A stretch of DNA of 64,000 nucleotides from Felis catus (lineage: Eukaryota), in the NCBI RefSeq assembly GCF_018350175.1, contig NC_058368.1, positions 64,854,001 through 64,918,000 on the forward strand, in the 5' to 3' direction. Below, piece by piece: positions 1-13,594 of this stretch. The translations under genes and the position numbers were made by a program. Each line of letters starts with the position of its first letter. The stretch's first letter is position 1. The notes beneath the pieces are model-generated. The model saw only the letters and a program-made list of their open reading frames with translations. It was not told where the DNA came from and did no database searches.

Positions 1-159
1 CTGATTTATTTGGAAATATTGAACCACACTTGCATCCCTGGAATGAATCCCACAAGATCATGGTGAATAGTTATTTTTTAATGTATTGTCAGATTCAGTT
101 TGCTAATATTTTGTTAAGGATTTTTGCATCTATGTTTATCAGATATTGGCCTATAGTTT

Positions 160-203
<44 letters not shown>

Positions 204-3200
204 TAGTGTCTTTATCTGGTTTTGGTGCTAGGGTCATGTTGGCCTCATAAAATGAATTTGGAAGGTTTCCTTCTATTTTCTGGAATATTTTGAGAAGAAT
301 AGGTGTGACTCTTGTTTAAATGTTTGGTAGAATTTACCTGTAAAGCTGTCTGGTCCTGGACTTTTGTTTGTTGGCAATTTTTGACTACTGATTCAATTTC
401 ATTTCTAGTAGTTGATCTGTTCAAATTTTCTATTCTTTATAGCTCAATTTTGGGAGGCTATATATTTCTAGGAATTGATCCATTTCCTCTATGTTGTCCA
501 ATTTGTTGGCATAAAATTTTTCATAATATTATAATCAAATTTATGTGATGTCAATTGTTACTTATCCTCTTTCATTTCTGATTTTATATATTTGAGTCCT
601 CTTTTTCTTTTTCTTTTTTTTTCTTTTCTTTTTTTTGAGTCTGACTAAGGGTGTATCAATTTTGTTGATTTTTTCAAAGAACCAGCTTGTGGTGTTATTG
701 ATCTGTTCTTTGTTTCTGCTTTAATCTATTATTTCCTTCCTTCTGCTCATTTTGGCTGTTCTTTTCTAGATCCTTTAGGTGTCAAGTTAGGTTGTTTATT
801 TGAGATTTTTCTTGCTTCCTGAGGTAGGCCTGTATTGCTATAAATGTTCCTCTTAAAACAGTGGTTGCTGCATCCCAAAGATTTTGGAGACTTTTGTTTT
901 CATTTTCCTTTGTTTTCATATAATTTTTGATTCCTTCTTTCATTGCTTGGTTGATCCCTTCATTTTTTAGTAGCATGCTATTTAACCTCCGTGTATTTGT
1001 GATCTTTTCATATCTTGTGGTGGACTTCTAGTTTTATAGCATTATAGTCAGAAAAGTTGCATATTATGACTAAAATCTTTCAAATTTGTTGAGATTTGTT
1101 TTGTAGCCTAACATATGATCTATTTTGGAGAATTTTCCATGTGTACTTGAAAAGAATGTGCATTCCATTTTAGGTTGAAATATTCTGAATATATTTGTTA
1201 GATCCATCTGGTCCAATGTGTCATTCAAAAGCACTATTTCCTTGTTGATTTTGTGTTTGAGTGATCTATCCACTGATGTAAGTGGGGTGTTAAAGTCCCC
1301 TACTATTATTGTATTACTATTGATTACTTCCTTTATGTTTATTAATAGCCGCTTCAAGTATTTAGGTGCATAAATATTTACAATTGGTATATGTTCTCTT
1401 TGGATTGTTTGCTTTATGATTATGTAACGTTCTTCTTTGTCTCTTGTTATTCTCTTTGTTTGAAAGTCCATTTCATTCAATAAAAATATTCCTACCCCAC
1501 CTTTCTTTTTTACTTCAATTTCCATGATAAACACTTTTCCCTCACTTTCTGTCTGTGTGTGTGTTTAGTTCTGAAATGAGTCTGTCTTATAGTCTTCATA
1601 TAGATGGGTCTTACGTTTTATCCATTCCATCACCCTGTGTCTTTTAATCAGAGCATTTAGTCTATTTACATTCGAAGTCATTATTATATATTTTACATTC
1701 AAAGTAATTCTTGATAAGTATGTATTTATTGCAGTTTCATTACTTGTTTTATGGTTGTTTGTAGTTTTTCTCTGTTCCTTTCTTCTCTTGCTCTCTTCTC
1801 TCATGGTTTGCTGGCTTTCTTTAGTGGAATGCGTGGATCACTTTCCTATTATTCTTTTTCATATCACAGGTTTTTGATTTGTGGTTACCTTTATTTTTAT
1901 ATATAACATCTTATAAATATAGCCATCTATGTTAAGTTGGTGGACACTTAAGTTTGGACCCATTCTAAAAGCACTAAATTTTTTTACTCATCTCTTTCCC
2001 ACATTTTAGGTATATTGTGTCATACTTTACATCATTTATGTTGTGATTGATCATAAACCAACCTTTGACTGATTTTTATAGCTATACTTAATTGTAGTGC
2101 TTTTGTGCTTCCCTTTTTTCTTACTCCTACTTATAGTCTTTCTTTTCCACTCAAAGAGTCCCCTTTAACATTTCTTGTAAAGCTAGTTTAGTGATGATGA
2201 ATTCCTTTAACTTTTGTTTGTCTAGGAAACTTTATCTCTCCTTCTATTTTCAATGTTAGCTTTATCTATAGAGTATTCTTGGTTGCAAGTTTTCTTCTTT
2301 CAGCACTTTGAATTTATCATCCACTCCCTCTCGTCTGCTAGGTTTCTGCTGAAAAAAATCTGCTGATTTGCCTTTTGGGGTTTTCCTTGTATATAACTGT
2401 TTTCTTTTTTCTTTGTGCTTTTGAAATCCTCTCTTTACCATTACTTCCTGGCATCTTAATTATTATGTGTCTTGGTGTACCTTGATGGGTTGATTTTGCT
2501 GGGGGCTCTCTCTCCCTCCTGGATCTGGACTTCTGTTTCCTTCTCCAGATTTGGGAAGTTTTCAGCTATTATTTCTTCAAATAAATTTTCTGCCCTCTTT
2601 ACTCTCTCTTCTCCTTCTTCATTCTTTATAATGTGAATGTTATTATGCTTAATTGTGTGACACAGTTGCCATAATCTATTCTCACTTTTATTACTTTAGC
2701 TTGATTGCTTTTCATTACTCTTTCCTCCAGGTTACTGATCCATTCTTTTGCTTCCTCTAGTCTACTACTTATTCCCGCTAGTGTATTTTTAATTTTACGA
2801 TTGAGTTCTTTATCTCTAATTGTTTTTTTTTGTTTGTTTTCTATTTCCTTGTTGAGGGTCTCACTGAGGTCATCCACTCTTTTCTCAAGTCCAGTGACCA
2901 TCTTTATGACCATTACTTTAAATTTCCTATCAGAAAATTTACTTATCTCTGTTTCATTTAGCTCTCTTACTGTGATTTTGTCCTGCTCTTTCATTCAGGA
3001 CATATCCCTCTGTGTCCTCATTTTGTCTATTTGTTTCTATGTTTTAGGAAAATCAGCTATGTCTCTTTCTCTTGAAAGCAGAAGCCTTATGAAGAAATAT
3101 TCCTATAGTGCCCTTCAGTGGAATATCTCCTGTTCCCCAGGAACTGTCACTTCAGAGTTGTCTCCTATGTGTGTTGTGTCCACCCTGCTGTTATGGCTGT

Positions 3201-4458
3201 GCCTTCAGTCCAGATATCTGCAATGGCTCCCTTAGCCTGTTTTGGGCAGGGTTTGTTCCTGTGTTGTTAGTGGCCAGTCTGGGGCTGCCTTGTGCTTGAG
3301 TTGGTCAGACAAGGCACCTGCCAGAGCTACAGTCACACCAAATTGTTGGATATTCTCCCTGTAACGTCCCCTGAGAAGCTTTCATTGGTGAGTAGGAGCT
3401 GCATTCAGACAAATAGATGCCTCCAGCCCATTGCTAGGGCCACAGTCAAATTGGTGTGGTTATCTTCCCATTTTCCCAGGGCAGGAGTCACTTTGATGTT
3501 GCTGGCCCCTGTGGGGGCTGCTTACACACTGCTACACTTGTAGTACCACTTTGGATAGAACCAGCCAAGGGTGTGTTGGATGGAGCAGTCCACAGGAGAA
3601 CTCAGTAGCCAAGCATGTAGTTTTAGCAAGGTTTGCTTGAACTGGTCTGCTGTGGGAGGAGACCTATTGCTGCTTTGGAAAACAGCTGAGAGCAGGTTGG
3701 AGGTGGCAGGTCTGCAGAAGAGCTGGGGCGGGGGGCAGGGTGTGTGGTTAGCAAGCTAGGTGCTGAGAATTGGCACTGAGTTGATTCTTGCAGGTGTCTG
3801 TGTACCTAGGCTAGAGGGCAGGCAAGGGATATGGTGCCTGCCAGCTCTTTTGTTCTTGGAGAAGTCTCTTAAAGATCCCTGCCCTTCCAGAACATGTTCT
3901 GAGATTAATAAATAGATCTCTTTCCCACATACCCCTAGGCATTTTTCAAACTGCTGCTTCCATCCTGTATCTCAGAGGGGATATTTGTTATGCTTTGTCT
4001 TTGAGGGTAGGGGTTCCATTCCCTATGGCCCTCTGGTTCTCCCAAAGCTGAGCCCAGTGATTTTTTAAATTTCTAGGAATTAAGCCCCACTGATTGTAAG
4101 AACTCATGAAGTTAAGCTCCTCTGTTTTTCAAAGCCAAATGTTATGGGAATTTGTCTTCTCTGTGTGGGTCCCATTTGCCCGCTGTGCATGGTGTGGGGT
4201 CTGCCCCTTCCCTTCTCCATGCCTGCAGTGTCCCTCCCTCCTGTGGATAGTTGGCTTCCAACTATGCCTTCCCCTTTCCTACCTTTTTTGTATGTGGGCT
4301 ACATACATTCTTCTCTACATTTAGCTATGGAAAGCTTATTCTTCCAGTCTTTTCATCATTTCCTGGGTTATTTACACTGATGTAGGTGTAATCTAATTGT
4401 ATCCATGGGACAAGGTGAGCTTAGAATCCTCCTACTCTACTGTCTTCCATGGAAGTCC
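1..4458 (-). mobile_element. LINE-1 (carnivore-type), 5' portion: 5'UTR (~3022-4458), degraded ORF1 (~2150-3021), N-terminal ORF2 (1-~1735); continues past the window start
   Basis: Minus-strand ORF fragments are L1 endonuclease (IVNIYAP...IIVGDFNTPLTSVDRS...SKIDHMLG at 1070-1534; QNLWDAA...RGTFIAIQAY at 782-976) and ORF1 coiled coil (2626-2994). The 5' terminus closely resembles that of the L1 ending at 41179. Confidence 0.96.
162..200. repeat. (CT)n microsatellite inside L1
   Basis: Uninterrupted TC dinucleotide run of about 19 units. Confidence 0.95.
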
Positions 4459-6599
4459 TAAAAATCTGTTCTTAGTATATCTGTGCAGAGGGGGAAAATT
4501 CAATTTTTTGGTGAAAGCACACATTTGTTGAATTTTGATTTTCATATAAATATATACTATTGGCTATGAATATTTAAAAAATAGAAGAAAAGCATTCTTC
4601 TCTTAACTACTTTCAGAAAAATATCTTCTACTTTGTTCCAAATAAAAGTTTAATTTTAGAGTTTTCAAAAACTAGAAATTAAAAAAAAAACCCACATTCA
4701 TATACCTTTTAAAATCCAATAAATTAGAAAACAACTGAATATGTTCATCAAAATCTTTCATACTAATAAACTTATTATTGTCTTGAGCTTTTATCTTTTT
4801 CCCCAGTTCAAACACTAGATTTAAAATTGTTACTTATAATACTTGCATACCTTTCTCTTATAACTTTTGTACTTTGTTTTTTTTTAACCTAGAGTAGCTT
4901 CTAAATTTTATCAAATATATTTGTATTTATTGATGTAATTTTATTGCTACTTTGTTGATTTGTTTTCTTCTTAGCTTCTTTATGCTTCTGTACATTTGGA
5001 AGTTCTTTTATAGATATCTGTGTACAACTCAAAACGAGAAAAGGAAAAAAAAAGCAAGGAAGATTTAGAAACTGTCAGGTTTAAAGTAATGCCTGATCTA
5101 TACAACTCCTGGAAGATAATTTGCATCTTGAAGTACAGCGAGAGTAAAATCATCAGTCCCTAACACCTTCTTACGAAACATGTTCCACTGTTTACAAAAG
5201 AATGGTTTGATTTATCATAGAACACACCTGGTTGTCTCAGTAGATAGTAATCTTGGTCTTTAATGTTCTGATAACCCATTTATTTTCTCTTTGGACGCTG
5301 TGTGCCTTACTTAGATGTTTTCTAACATTACCATCTGGATCCTGGCTCTTTCTCATCCTGAGAATTAATTCTTCCCATTCCAAATTTGCTCTTAGGTTCT
5401 TATTCCTCACCCCAATATCCTGTCTGGGAGCTAAGCTTACTCACTTTTCCTGAAATTGTCCAGCACTCAATCTCTTGCTGCTGGTTTTTTTTTTTTTGAC
5501 TAAAATTTCCTTACTAATACAAAAAGACAATTGAAGGGTTCTTCATTTGATAATCTTGCTCTCAGTAATTAACCAGTACACATTTATCACAAAGAATGAT
5601 GGTGTCATTGGGTCATTTATAGTTTGAGGGGAGTGAAAATAGTTGAAAAACCACAGTGGAAGTTACTCATGGCATCAAGAATAGATACATAAAATCCTTG
5701 TTGATATCAAAGGGAAGATGTAGAGGATCGATTGAAACCCAATATTGTGCTTATCTTCAAAATCTCATATGCACAAATTTGCCTTATTATGTTAGAATTT
5801 CATCTTTTTTTTCCTACTTGCATTTCATGGGATTGGATTTTTCTGTGGTAACCGTATCATCTTTGTTTTAAAATATTTTGTCTTTCATTCATTAGTACCA
5901 ATAGACAAGAAATTGGAACTACTATTGTTACTCAAAATCATTCATCCATGACTTGGTGAGTGTTGTCCTTGTTAAGTTGCTTAGGTTACATATTCCATGA
6001 TCTGTGACCTTCATCTTGTTCAGTTGGATTGATTAAAACAAGTTGTATGAAAATTAAATACTAGCTGTATTTACATACTGAAAAGAGAATGTGACAGAAA
6101 CTGACAGTCTTTAGAATTTCAAATGTAAGGATTATTTTCCTGTTACAGTCAAAAGTTCCTATTTTTCTGAGGATCGAATTCTTTCAGCACAATAGCTACT
6201 CCATGTGGTTCCAAAGTAAGAAGATGATTGTTTGAATCTTATTTTGTCTTTCAACAGCAAAAGATGCATCTTTTTCTTATCTCTTTTTATATCATCATGG
6301 ACATCTTTTTTCTTAAGAGTAAAATTACTACAACATGACAGTTAAGAGAAAGAAGGCCATTAGTTCTATTTTAAATACACTTTTGTTCATTTTTTGTGCA
6401 AAAATTTGGGAAATAATTTTAAACAGTGGAAAATTGCTTTGCTAAACATTAGCTACTAGAAGCTGGTGGTGTTAAATGCTTGAGCTGCTCTTCAACTATT
6501 AGAGAAGGACTGAGGCAGCAGGGAGAATGTGTTCTGGTAATTGTTTTCTCTCCTTTATGTTTCTATCTAAATCTCTATTCAGATTTTGTTCAGTGATAT

Positions 6600-6750
6600 T
6601 GGTCTGTGGTCAGCATTTACAACTCTGCCACGAATACATTATGACTTAAGCAAAGTGTTTGTCTTCTCTGGTTCTCAGGTCCTTCATATGAAAGGATGGA
6701 TTTGGGCAAGATCTCCAAGATAATTTCCACCTCTAAATTCTGAGACTCTA
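6600..6750 (+). mobile_element. MIR (MIR3-like) SINE remnant
   Basis: Degenerate core 'ctctgccac...tgacttaagcaaag...tctctggttctcag...' and tail 'gatctccaagataatttccacctctaaattctgagactcta'. Confidence 0.6.
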
Positions 6751-8174
6751 AGACTTATTAACTCTCCTCACATTCCCAGGTTAGCCCTGGCTGTTCCACT
6801 GGTATATAGTTGCCCTTCCTCTTCCTATCAGATAAAATGGATGTTGTTAATGTCAACAGATCTGACACAACAAAGATGAGAATGTAATCATAAATACTAC
6901 GTGTGATTAAACTACACTTTATATAGATCAAACACTATATACTCAGTTTTTAAATATTTTTGTTAAGAGAGAATGATTTATGGGATAAGAATAACGATTC
7001 CAATTTAAACAAAGTAAACACTCCTTTTTAATTTGTAGAATTATATTCTAAAAAATATATCATTTCTAGTTACATATTTTCTGTTTTTGTTGACAGTCTA
7101 TATAGAACTCTCTTGTTCCAATGTTTACAAAATACAGCATTATTTTCAAATTAGAGGATTAGGTGTACTTGATGCTTTCTTTTTTCTGGTTGTTTTCTCA
7201 CCCTCCACCTCCCCATCCCCTCACCCCCAGTGGAAAACAAATTGCTGAAGTAGCACCTGTAGTTTAGATGCCTCTCTCCCCAGATTCTTCCACAGAAAGA
7301 TATCCATGACACTTTCATTCAAATGCAAATATTTTGGAGTCTTCCTAAAAAAATTAACTTTGTTTTTTCTCTATTCTGCATAAAACACAATTGCAAATGA
7401 ATGTAAACATTCAAAGAAAACCAGTCATTGTAGCAACATTTTAAAAAATATATTCTATTTTATTATTAATAATTTATATTGTACAAGAATACATAAAGGA
7501 CAAACATGGGCACGACAGTGTTTTATCTTTCTAAGTGTGCTTCAGAATCAACAATTGGCTCTTTCATCAAGTTCCCTTTTAACTACCTGTTGTTGACAAA
7601 TGCACAGGAAAATATTTGCTTAAAAATCAATGAAAATACAAATAGATTATAGCATTTGAAGTCTTACAAAGTCTCAAAGAGCTTTGATTTTCCCATTGTT
7701 TAAGTAGTACAAAGGTACTTTAAAATATAGCCATCTTGTTAGAATAAATTTCTGTTTATTTCATGGATTTCTTTGCTTTTACCACCACGTTATCTCTTTT
7801 TCTTCAGGCAAATAATACATAGTTGATTATATTTTCCTTCTGTCACTTTGCAATTGGATTCATGCGTTACTTGGCCAACATTTTAACCCAATAGCCTATG
7901 CTGGGGAATGAGCATGGGCTGTCACATATAATCGACTTTGTTTAAATACTGATTCTCTTTGCTGATAGTGTGATTTTGATTAATTACATTAAATTTTTTT
8001 GGTATCCCTCCCCTCTTCTTTAAAATTTAGTATATACTTCAGAGTTTGTCAGAACCCCCTTGAATGAGAAAATATTATACTTAAACTACAAAGCGCTATG
8101 CAAAGAGTTGGTTCTCTAAGTGAGAAAATTGAAAGTTGAAAATACCCACATCATATTTTTCTAAACAAGCGCAA

Positions 8175-8620
8175 GTTCTTGTCTGAAACTAGATTCAGGC
8201 CTGGGTTAAAATCCAATTCCTGATACCCATTCCTTGAATCAACAAAAGCAAATTACGGACACTCGCCATATATCAGCCTCCTTATCCATACATCAGGGAT
8301 TAAAACATTTCCTTCATCATGTTTTTTTTTTATTTTTTTAATGTTTATTTTTGAGACAGAGACAGAGACAGAGTGGAAGAGAGAGAGGGAGACACAAAAT
8401 TCGGAGCAGGCTCTAGTCTCTGGGCTGTCAGCAGAGAGCCTGACATGGGGCTCAAACACACGAACTGTGTGATTATGACTTGAGCCGAAATCGGATGTTT
8501 GACTGAGCCAACCAGGTGCCCCTTCATTATGGTTTTTATTGTAAAGATTAAAGGAGAAAATGTAACACACCTATCTCAGTGCTTGTCATTAGGAGGTACC
8601 CCTAGAGTATTAACTATGAT
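8175..8620 (+). mobile_element. MIR remnant split by a Can-SINE
   Basis: 'cctgggttaaaatcc...tcagcctccttatccatac' before the SINE and 'attgtaaagattaaaggagaaaatgta' after it. Confidence 0.55.
8322..8522 (-). mobile_element. Can-SINE (SINEC_Fc-type)
   Basis: Reverse complement reads GGGGCACCTGGTTGGCTCAGTC...TGCTGACAGCCCAGAG...CT-rich tract, A tail. Degenerate TSD ttcat(c/t)atg. Confidence 0.95.
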
Positions 8621-9646
8621 GTAAAGAGGAATGTTGTATGTAATAATGGGGCCTCCACTGTCAATAGATAAGTGATAAATCCCATAATACAAGTATACTG
8701 AAATATAGGAACATAGAAGGGCTGCTTACCCATCCTTCCTCACCTCAGAACTATACCAGCTTCCTGTCCATAGTCTAGTATCCACCCCACTAGATTACTG
8801 ACAATTTACAAGCAGGAAATATATATTTTTATGTCTTTATCTCTACTGCCTGAGCCCAGTGGATGCTCAAATATATACTGAATTTCTTCTATGATTGATA
8901 TAAAACTACAACTAAAATAGTTTGGAAAAAATACACAATACATTGATCAACTGAGCAGCTCATAGTTCTGTAGGTTTGTGAACCAGCTTCACCCTCAGGC
9001 CTATTCAAACTTGCACACTAATTCTGACAAAAGAAAAATCCCAACCAGAAGATGACTGGACAATCATTTTATTCCATTGTATCAGTCATTCCCTATCCAG
9101 GATGTTGAATTCACTATAAAATTAAGAAATCTGGCAATGTAGCCAGTATGAAATTTTAGTTTTTCCTTAGAACTATGATGTCAAATAGATAAAACTTCTA
9201 ATTTGTAGTCATAGATTTTTTCCTCTATGAAAAATGTAGAAAACATGTTTGTTCTTATGCCTCTGCGTATAGAATATTAGTAACACTCAAGAATAAAAAG
9301 CACCTTTTGAATTATGGGGCAAATCTAACTCTAGAATGAAAAATGGCATGTTTTCCTAAAATGGTCTCTTGCAGTAGTTTGGAAATATAAGTATGTGACC
9401 TCTAGAATATATTGGTTCAAGGAATGACATTGACCACAACCATACTGAAATATGTTTTGTACCTTATAAATCAAAGACAGTTCTTTGACAGAAGTTTTTT
9501 TTTTTACCTTTTCCAAAGATATAAAACTAATCAGCATAATTATAAGTATTCTTAATAATTACAGCTGTAATTATTACATGTAATAATTACATGTAATTCC
9601 CTGTTCAATAGCAAAAACCACTTCTTAAAAGATATAAAAATGACTT

Positions 9647-9838
9647 GGAGAACCTGGGTGGCTCAGTCAGTTGAGCATCTGACTTGGTTTCAGTTCAGGT
9701 CATGAATCATGGCTTCGTGGGTTTGAGCCCCACTCTGCTGCTAGGGCAGAGACTGCTTAGGATTCTTTCTCTCACTCCTTCTCTCTCTGCCCCTCCCCCA
9801 CTCATGATGTCTCTCTCTCAAAATAAATTAAAAAAAAT
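9647..9838 (+). mobile_element. Can-SINE, older and diverged
   Basis: 'cctgggtggctcagtcagttgagcatctgact...caggtcatga...gagcccc', CT tract, 'caaaataaattaaaaaaaa'. Approximate TSD tataaa..atgac. Confidence 0.92.
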
Positions 9839-10210
9839 ATATAAAGGATGACAGCTTATCATTTCCCATAGTATTTCTAGATATAGAGATTAGCATTGAT
9901 TTTTCTCATGCATTTGAAACTTAATTTTTCATTGACTTTCCTTCAAATACTCTACTGATGAATTATTATAAATAACAAAGGTTTGAGAAAACACACACAT
10001 ATGTGGAGATGGTTCTATTGGGCAATGATCGTGTTGTAGTTAATGTTAAAAATGTGCTGAGTGTAAAGAGAGAATAATATATAGTGAAAAGTATTCAAAA
10101 GTAACAAATATGAAAGTTTTTCTTTAGACCAACCCATTGTGCTCAAATTCAAGGGAATATTTTATTTTTGCTAATACTATTCTGCGTCTCACACAAAGTA
10201 TCACAATTCC

Positions 10211-10480
10211 CAGCATTTCTCAAAGTGTATTCTGTAGACAAGTAATCCTGTAGGGTATTCCGTGAAAAAGAGGTTACAAGTCCAGTAGGTTTGGGAAGCC
10301 ATGCATGCCCTATCCGCCTCTTGAGAATTTACATACATAAAGCAGGCTAAAGGCTCACAGAAGTCAGGAGTGAAGTTCACAGTTTAGCTTAAATATTTTC
10401 AAGCGTATTTGGCCATGACAGTCTTTAACTCATGACTCGTGATATCTGTTAAAAGCCACAGGAACAGACAGAAGAGAAGC
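10211..10480. mobile_element. hAT-Charlie MITE remnant (MER103-like)
   Basis: Starts 'cagcatttctcaaagtgtattc' and contains 'aaaaagaggtt...gtttgggaa', 'ctcttgagaatt' and 'aaaggctcacagaagtc', resembling the MER103C consensus as recalled. Confidence 0.6.
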
Positions 10481-10990
10481 TTACCTTCTCTTAATAGCCC
10501 TGAAGATTACATTATATGAATTATGATTTTTCTGGCTACAATTCATTTCCACAGTATTTAGTCTTAAGAAATTGATTTACCACTACCACATGACACATTA
10601 ATTTGGCAGGTCATTGTAGACTTCTAAAAATACAATTTTAGAATTACAGTCTTATTTATATGTAAATATATGTCTCTGTTTTTAACAAATTCCTCTGTAT
10701 AAAATTCTCCTAAAATTTTTAACAAATTCATATGTATAAAGTAATAAAACACTTGAGAGTATTCATTCTCCAGTCTAAATTTAGAGATTCCCAGCTGGAT
10801 TTGACAAATTAGTGTACCTGAACAGAGTGAGAATTTAAACTGAAAATTAGAAATGTATTTAATTCAATAAGGATAAATAGTAATTGACCTAAGAGCTGAA
10901 AAGCACGAGGAGTTTAGAGTTGGAGTCAGTATGTTGTAGCCACTGGTAAGTTTGGTTTTTGATTTCTTAAAAAACCAGGAACAGCATTCT

Positions 10991-11225
10991 TATCTCTCTT
11001 TTTTTTAATGTTTATTTTTGAGAGACAGGGGGAGAGAGAGAGAGAGAGAGCATGACACATGAGCAGGGGAGGGACAGAGAGAGAGGGAGACGCAAAATTC
11101 AAAGCAGGCTCCAGGCTCTGGGCCGTCAGCACAGAGCCCGACACAGGGCTCTAACTCATAAACCATGAGATCATGACCTCAGCCAAAGTCAGATGCTTAA
11201 CCGACTGAGTCACGCAGGTGCTCCA
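10991..11225 (-). mobile_element. Can-SINE (SINEC_Fc-type)
   Basis: Full SINE body with a perfect 15-bp TSD caggaacagcattct at 10976-10990 and 11226-11240. Confidence 0.97.
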
Positions 11226-11513
11226 CAGGAACAGCATTCTCAAGCTTACTTTCAGATCACTCAATGAAGAGGACACAAGACTTTCTGCAAGTTCACCACA
11301 CATATTTTCATTTCTCTGCCTCTGGACCACATTGTCTGTCTCTTTTCAGTTTCTTTGAATGAACCAAACAGGATTGTATCAAATTTGTGATCTAAATCCA
11401 TTTTCCTCTCACCTTTTCAAGACTATTATTACATTATCTTTCTTTATCATCAATTTTTGTCTCTCTTCTGGAATATCCTTGTAAGATTGCTGTTATTACC
11501 TCTATCCTAAATA

Positions 11514-11554
11514 GTAATAATAATAATGGTAATAATAATGGTAATAATAATAAT
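11514..11554. repeat. (TAA)n imperfect microsatellite
   Basis: taataataataatggtaataataatggtaataataataat. Confidence 0.85.
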
Positions 11555-11559
11555 GCTTC

Positions 11560-12215
11560 AATCCAACATTCCTCTCTAGTTCTTGCCCCAAGTTTCTGCT
11601 TCCTTCAGAGCAAAAACCCTAGAAAGAGCTATTTCTACTTTTCCCCCATTTTCTCCACTAATTCCTCAAATCCATACACTATATGTTTCATCTATTTTCA
11701 AAGTTACCAATGATTTCCATATTACTTATTCCATAAGGCCCATAAGCCTCTTCTGCTACCCCTTAGACCTTGTCCTCACATCTTTCTCGCCCCTGTGCTC
11801 CAGCCATATTGACCTTTGCTATTCTTCAAATGTGCCAAGCACCCCCTTTGTCAGAGTGTCTGCACTTGGTGTACTCTCTGAAATTTTCGTCCCTCAGATA
11901 TGCACAGAGCTCATTTCCCCACTTTCTTTAGGTTTCTGGATCAAAGGTGAAACTTTCCCTGACCCCTTAAATAAAGTATCCTATACTCTGGCACCTCCTG
12001 TTATCTTGTACCTTGCTTCATTTGTTTATCAGCACTTATCAATTGAACAAGTAAGTGTTCAGTATTCATTTGCCTTTGTCTGTCTCACTTACTTTATAAT
12101 GTGAGCACCCAATGATAGATGGTTTGCTACTATGTTCTTAGCTGTATCCCCAGCTATGGAATAGTGCTCAATATGCAATAGGTATTCACTGCATATTTGC
12201 TGAATAAATGAATGT
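11560..12215 (+). mobile_element. L2 LINE 3' fragment
   Basis: 'tgctccagccatattgacc...' and a typical L2 terminus 'gctgtatccccagc...tatttgctgaataaatgaatg'. Confidence 0.7.
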
Positions 12216-12947
12216 GAGTACATATCAAGTGCTTGGTATGCATAAAATATTGGGTTAGGCACTGAAGAGCTCAGTTATGATAAGATATAGGTTTATTAAT
12301 CTAAATAATCTCATAGAGCTACATGGGCTGAAAGCACAAAGAAGAATTCGTGGTTGACCTTGAACTACTCTTGAAAGATTGGTAGGATATCTATACATGG
12401 AGGTCCTTTGGAACTTCAAGTATATAATAAACAGAACACAGATAGGAGAGTGTTAAGGAATAGTTGACTAATATAGTTTGTCTAAAGCAAGAGACTAGGC
12501 AATTGAGAATGAAAAGCAAGTAGAATATTTTTTTCTGATATTTTTATTGTGGTAAAATCAACATAAAATTTTCTGTCTTAATTATATTTAAGTATTAAGT
12601 ACATTCAAATTATTGTGCAACCATCATTCATTTTCAGAACTCTTTTCATCATGCCAAACTGAAACTCTGTATCCATTGAACAGTAACTCCCCATGACCAC
12701 CTGTCTCCCAGCCCCTGGTAACTGCCATTCTTTCTTTTTTTAATCTTCCCTTTTCCTCCACACCTCATCCTCTGGTAACCACTACTGTATGCTATAGGGC
12801 CTTTTTTCTCTTTAAAGGATTCACATAGAAGTGAGATCATGTAATATTTACCTTTTTGCGTTTGGCTTATTTTACTTAGCATGTTTTGAGGTTCATCCAT
12901 GTTGTCAAAAGTGGCATGTATGTATGTGTGTGTGTATTTATATTCAT

Positions 12948-12987
12948 TTATATTTATATTTATATTTATATTTATATTTATATTTAT
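12948..12987. repeat. (TTATAT)n hexanucleotide repeat
   Basis: About 6.5 tandem copies of ttatat. Confidence 0.9.
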
Positions 12988-13310
12988 GTAACTTTATGCA
13001 TTCATCTGACCCAATGGACATTTACATTGTTTCTGTATCATAGCTATTGTGAATAATGCTATAGTGAACATGAAATTGCAGATATCTCTTCAAAATCGTG
13101 ATTTTTACTTCCTTTGTACATATACTCAGAAATGGAATTGCTAGATTTCTAGCAATTTTATTTTTAATTCTTTGAAGAACCCCTATATCGTTTTTCACAG
13201 TGGCTGCACCAGTTTACATCCCTACCAATAGTATATGAGAGTTCTTTTTTTTTTTTTTTTGCACATTCTTCCCATATCCTTCCCAACACTTGTTATTTCT
13301 TGTCTTTTTT

Positions 13311-13594
13311 TCTTCTTTTTCAAGTTTTCATTTAAATTCCAGTTAGTTAACATACAGTGTAATATTAATTTCAGGTGTAAAATTTAGTGATTCAACACTT
13401 CATACGACACCCAGTGCTCAGCCCAGTTGTCCTTCTTAATCCCCATCACCTATGTCATGCAACTCCCTGTGTACCTCTCTTCCAGCAACTCTCAGTGTGT
13501 TCTCTATAGTTAAGAATCTGTTTCCTGGTTTGCCTCTCTCTTTTTTTCTCTTCCCCTATGTTCATCTGTTTTATTTCTTAAATTCCACATATGA
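13311..13594 (-). mobile_element. Short 5'-truncated carnivore L1 3'UTR nested in older L1
   Basis: 'tttaaattccagttagttaacatacagtgtaatatt...tcttaaattccacatatga' matches the 3' ends of the L1s at 26.2 kb and 34.45 kb. The host L1 resumes at 'gataatagccattctg'. Confidence 0.85.

Noticed and set aside
1070..1534. 154-aa ORF with endonuclease motifs
   Set aside because: A fragment of degraded L1 ORF2, not an independent gene.
2705..3235. 176-aa hydrophobic, Ser/Leu-rich ORF resembling a membrane protein
   Set aside because: Antisense reading of A-rich L1 ORF1, where T-rich codons give spurious hydrophobicity. The same applies to the ORFs at 37483, 53402, 57172 and 59503.
11583..12104. 173-aa + strand ORF
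   Set aside because: Lies within an L2 remnant, starts at a non-ATG codon and has no recognisable domain.
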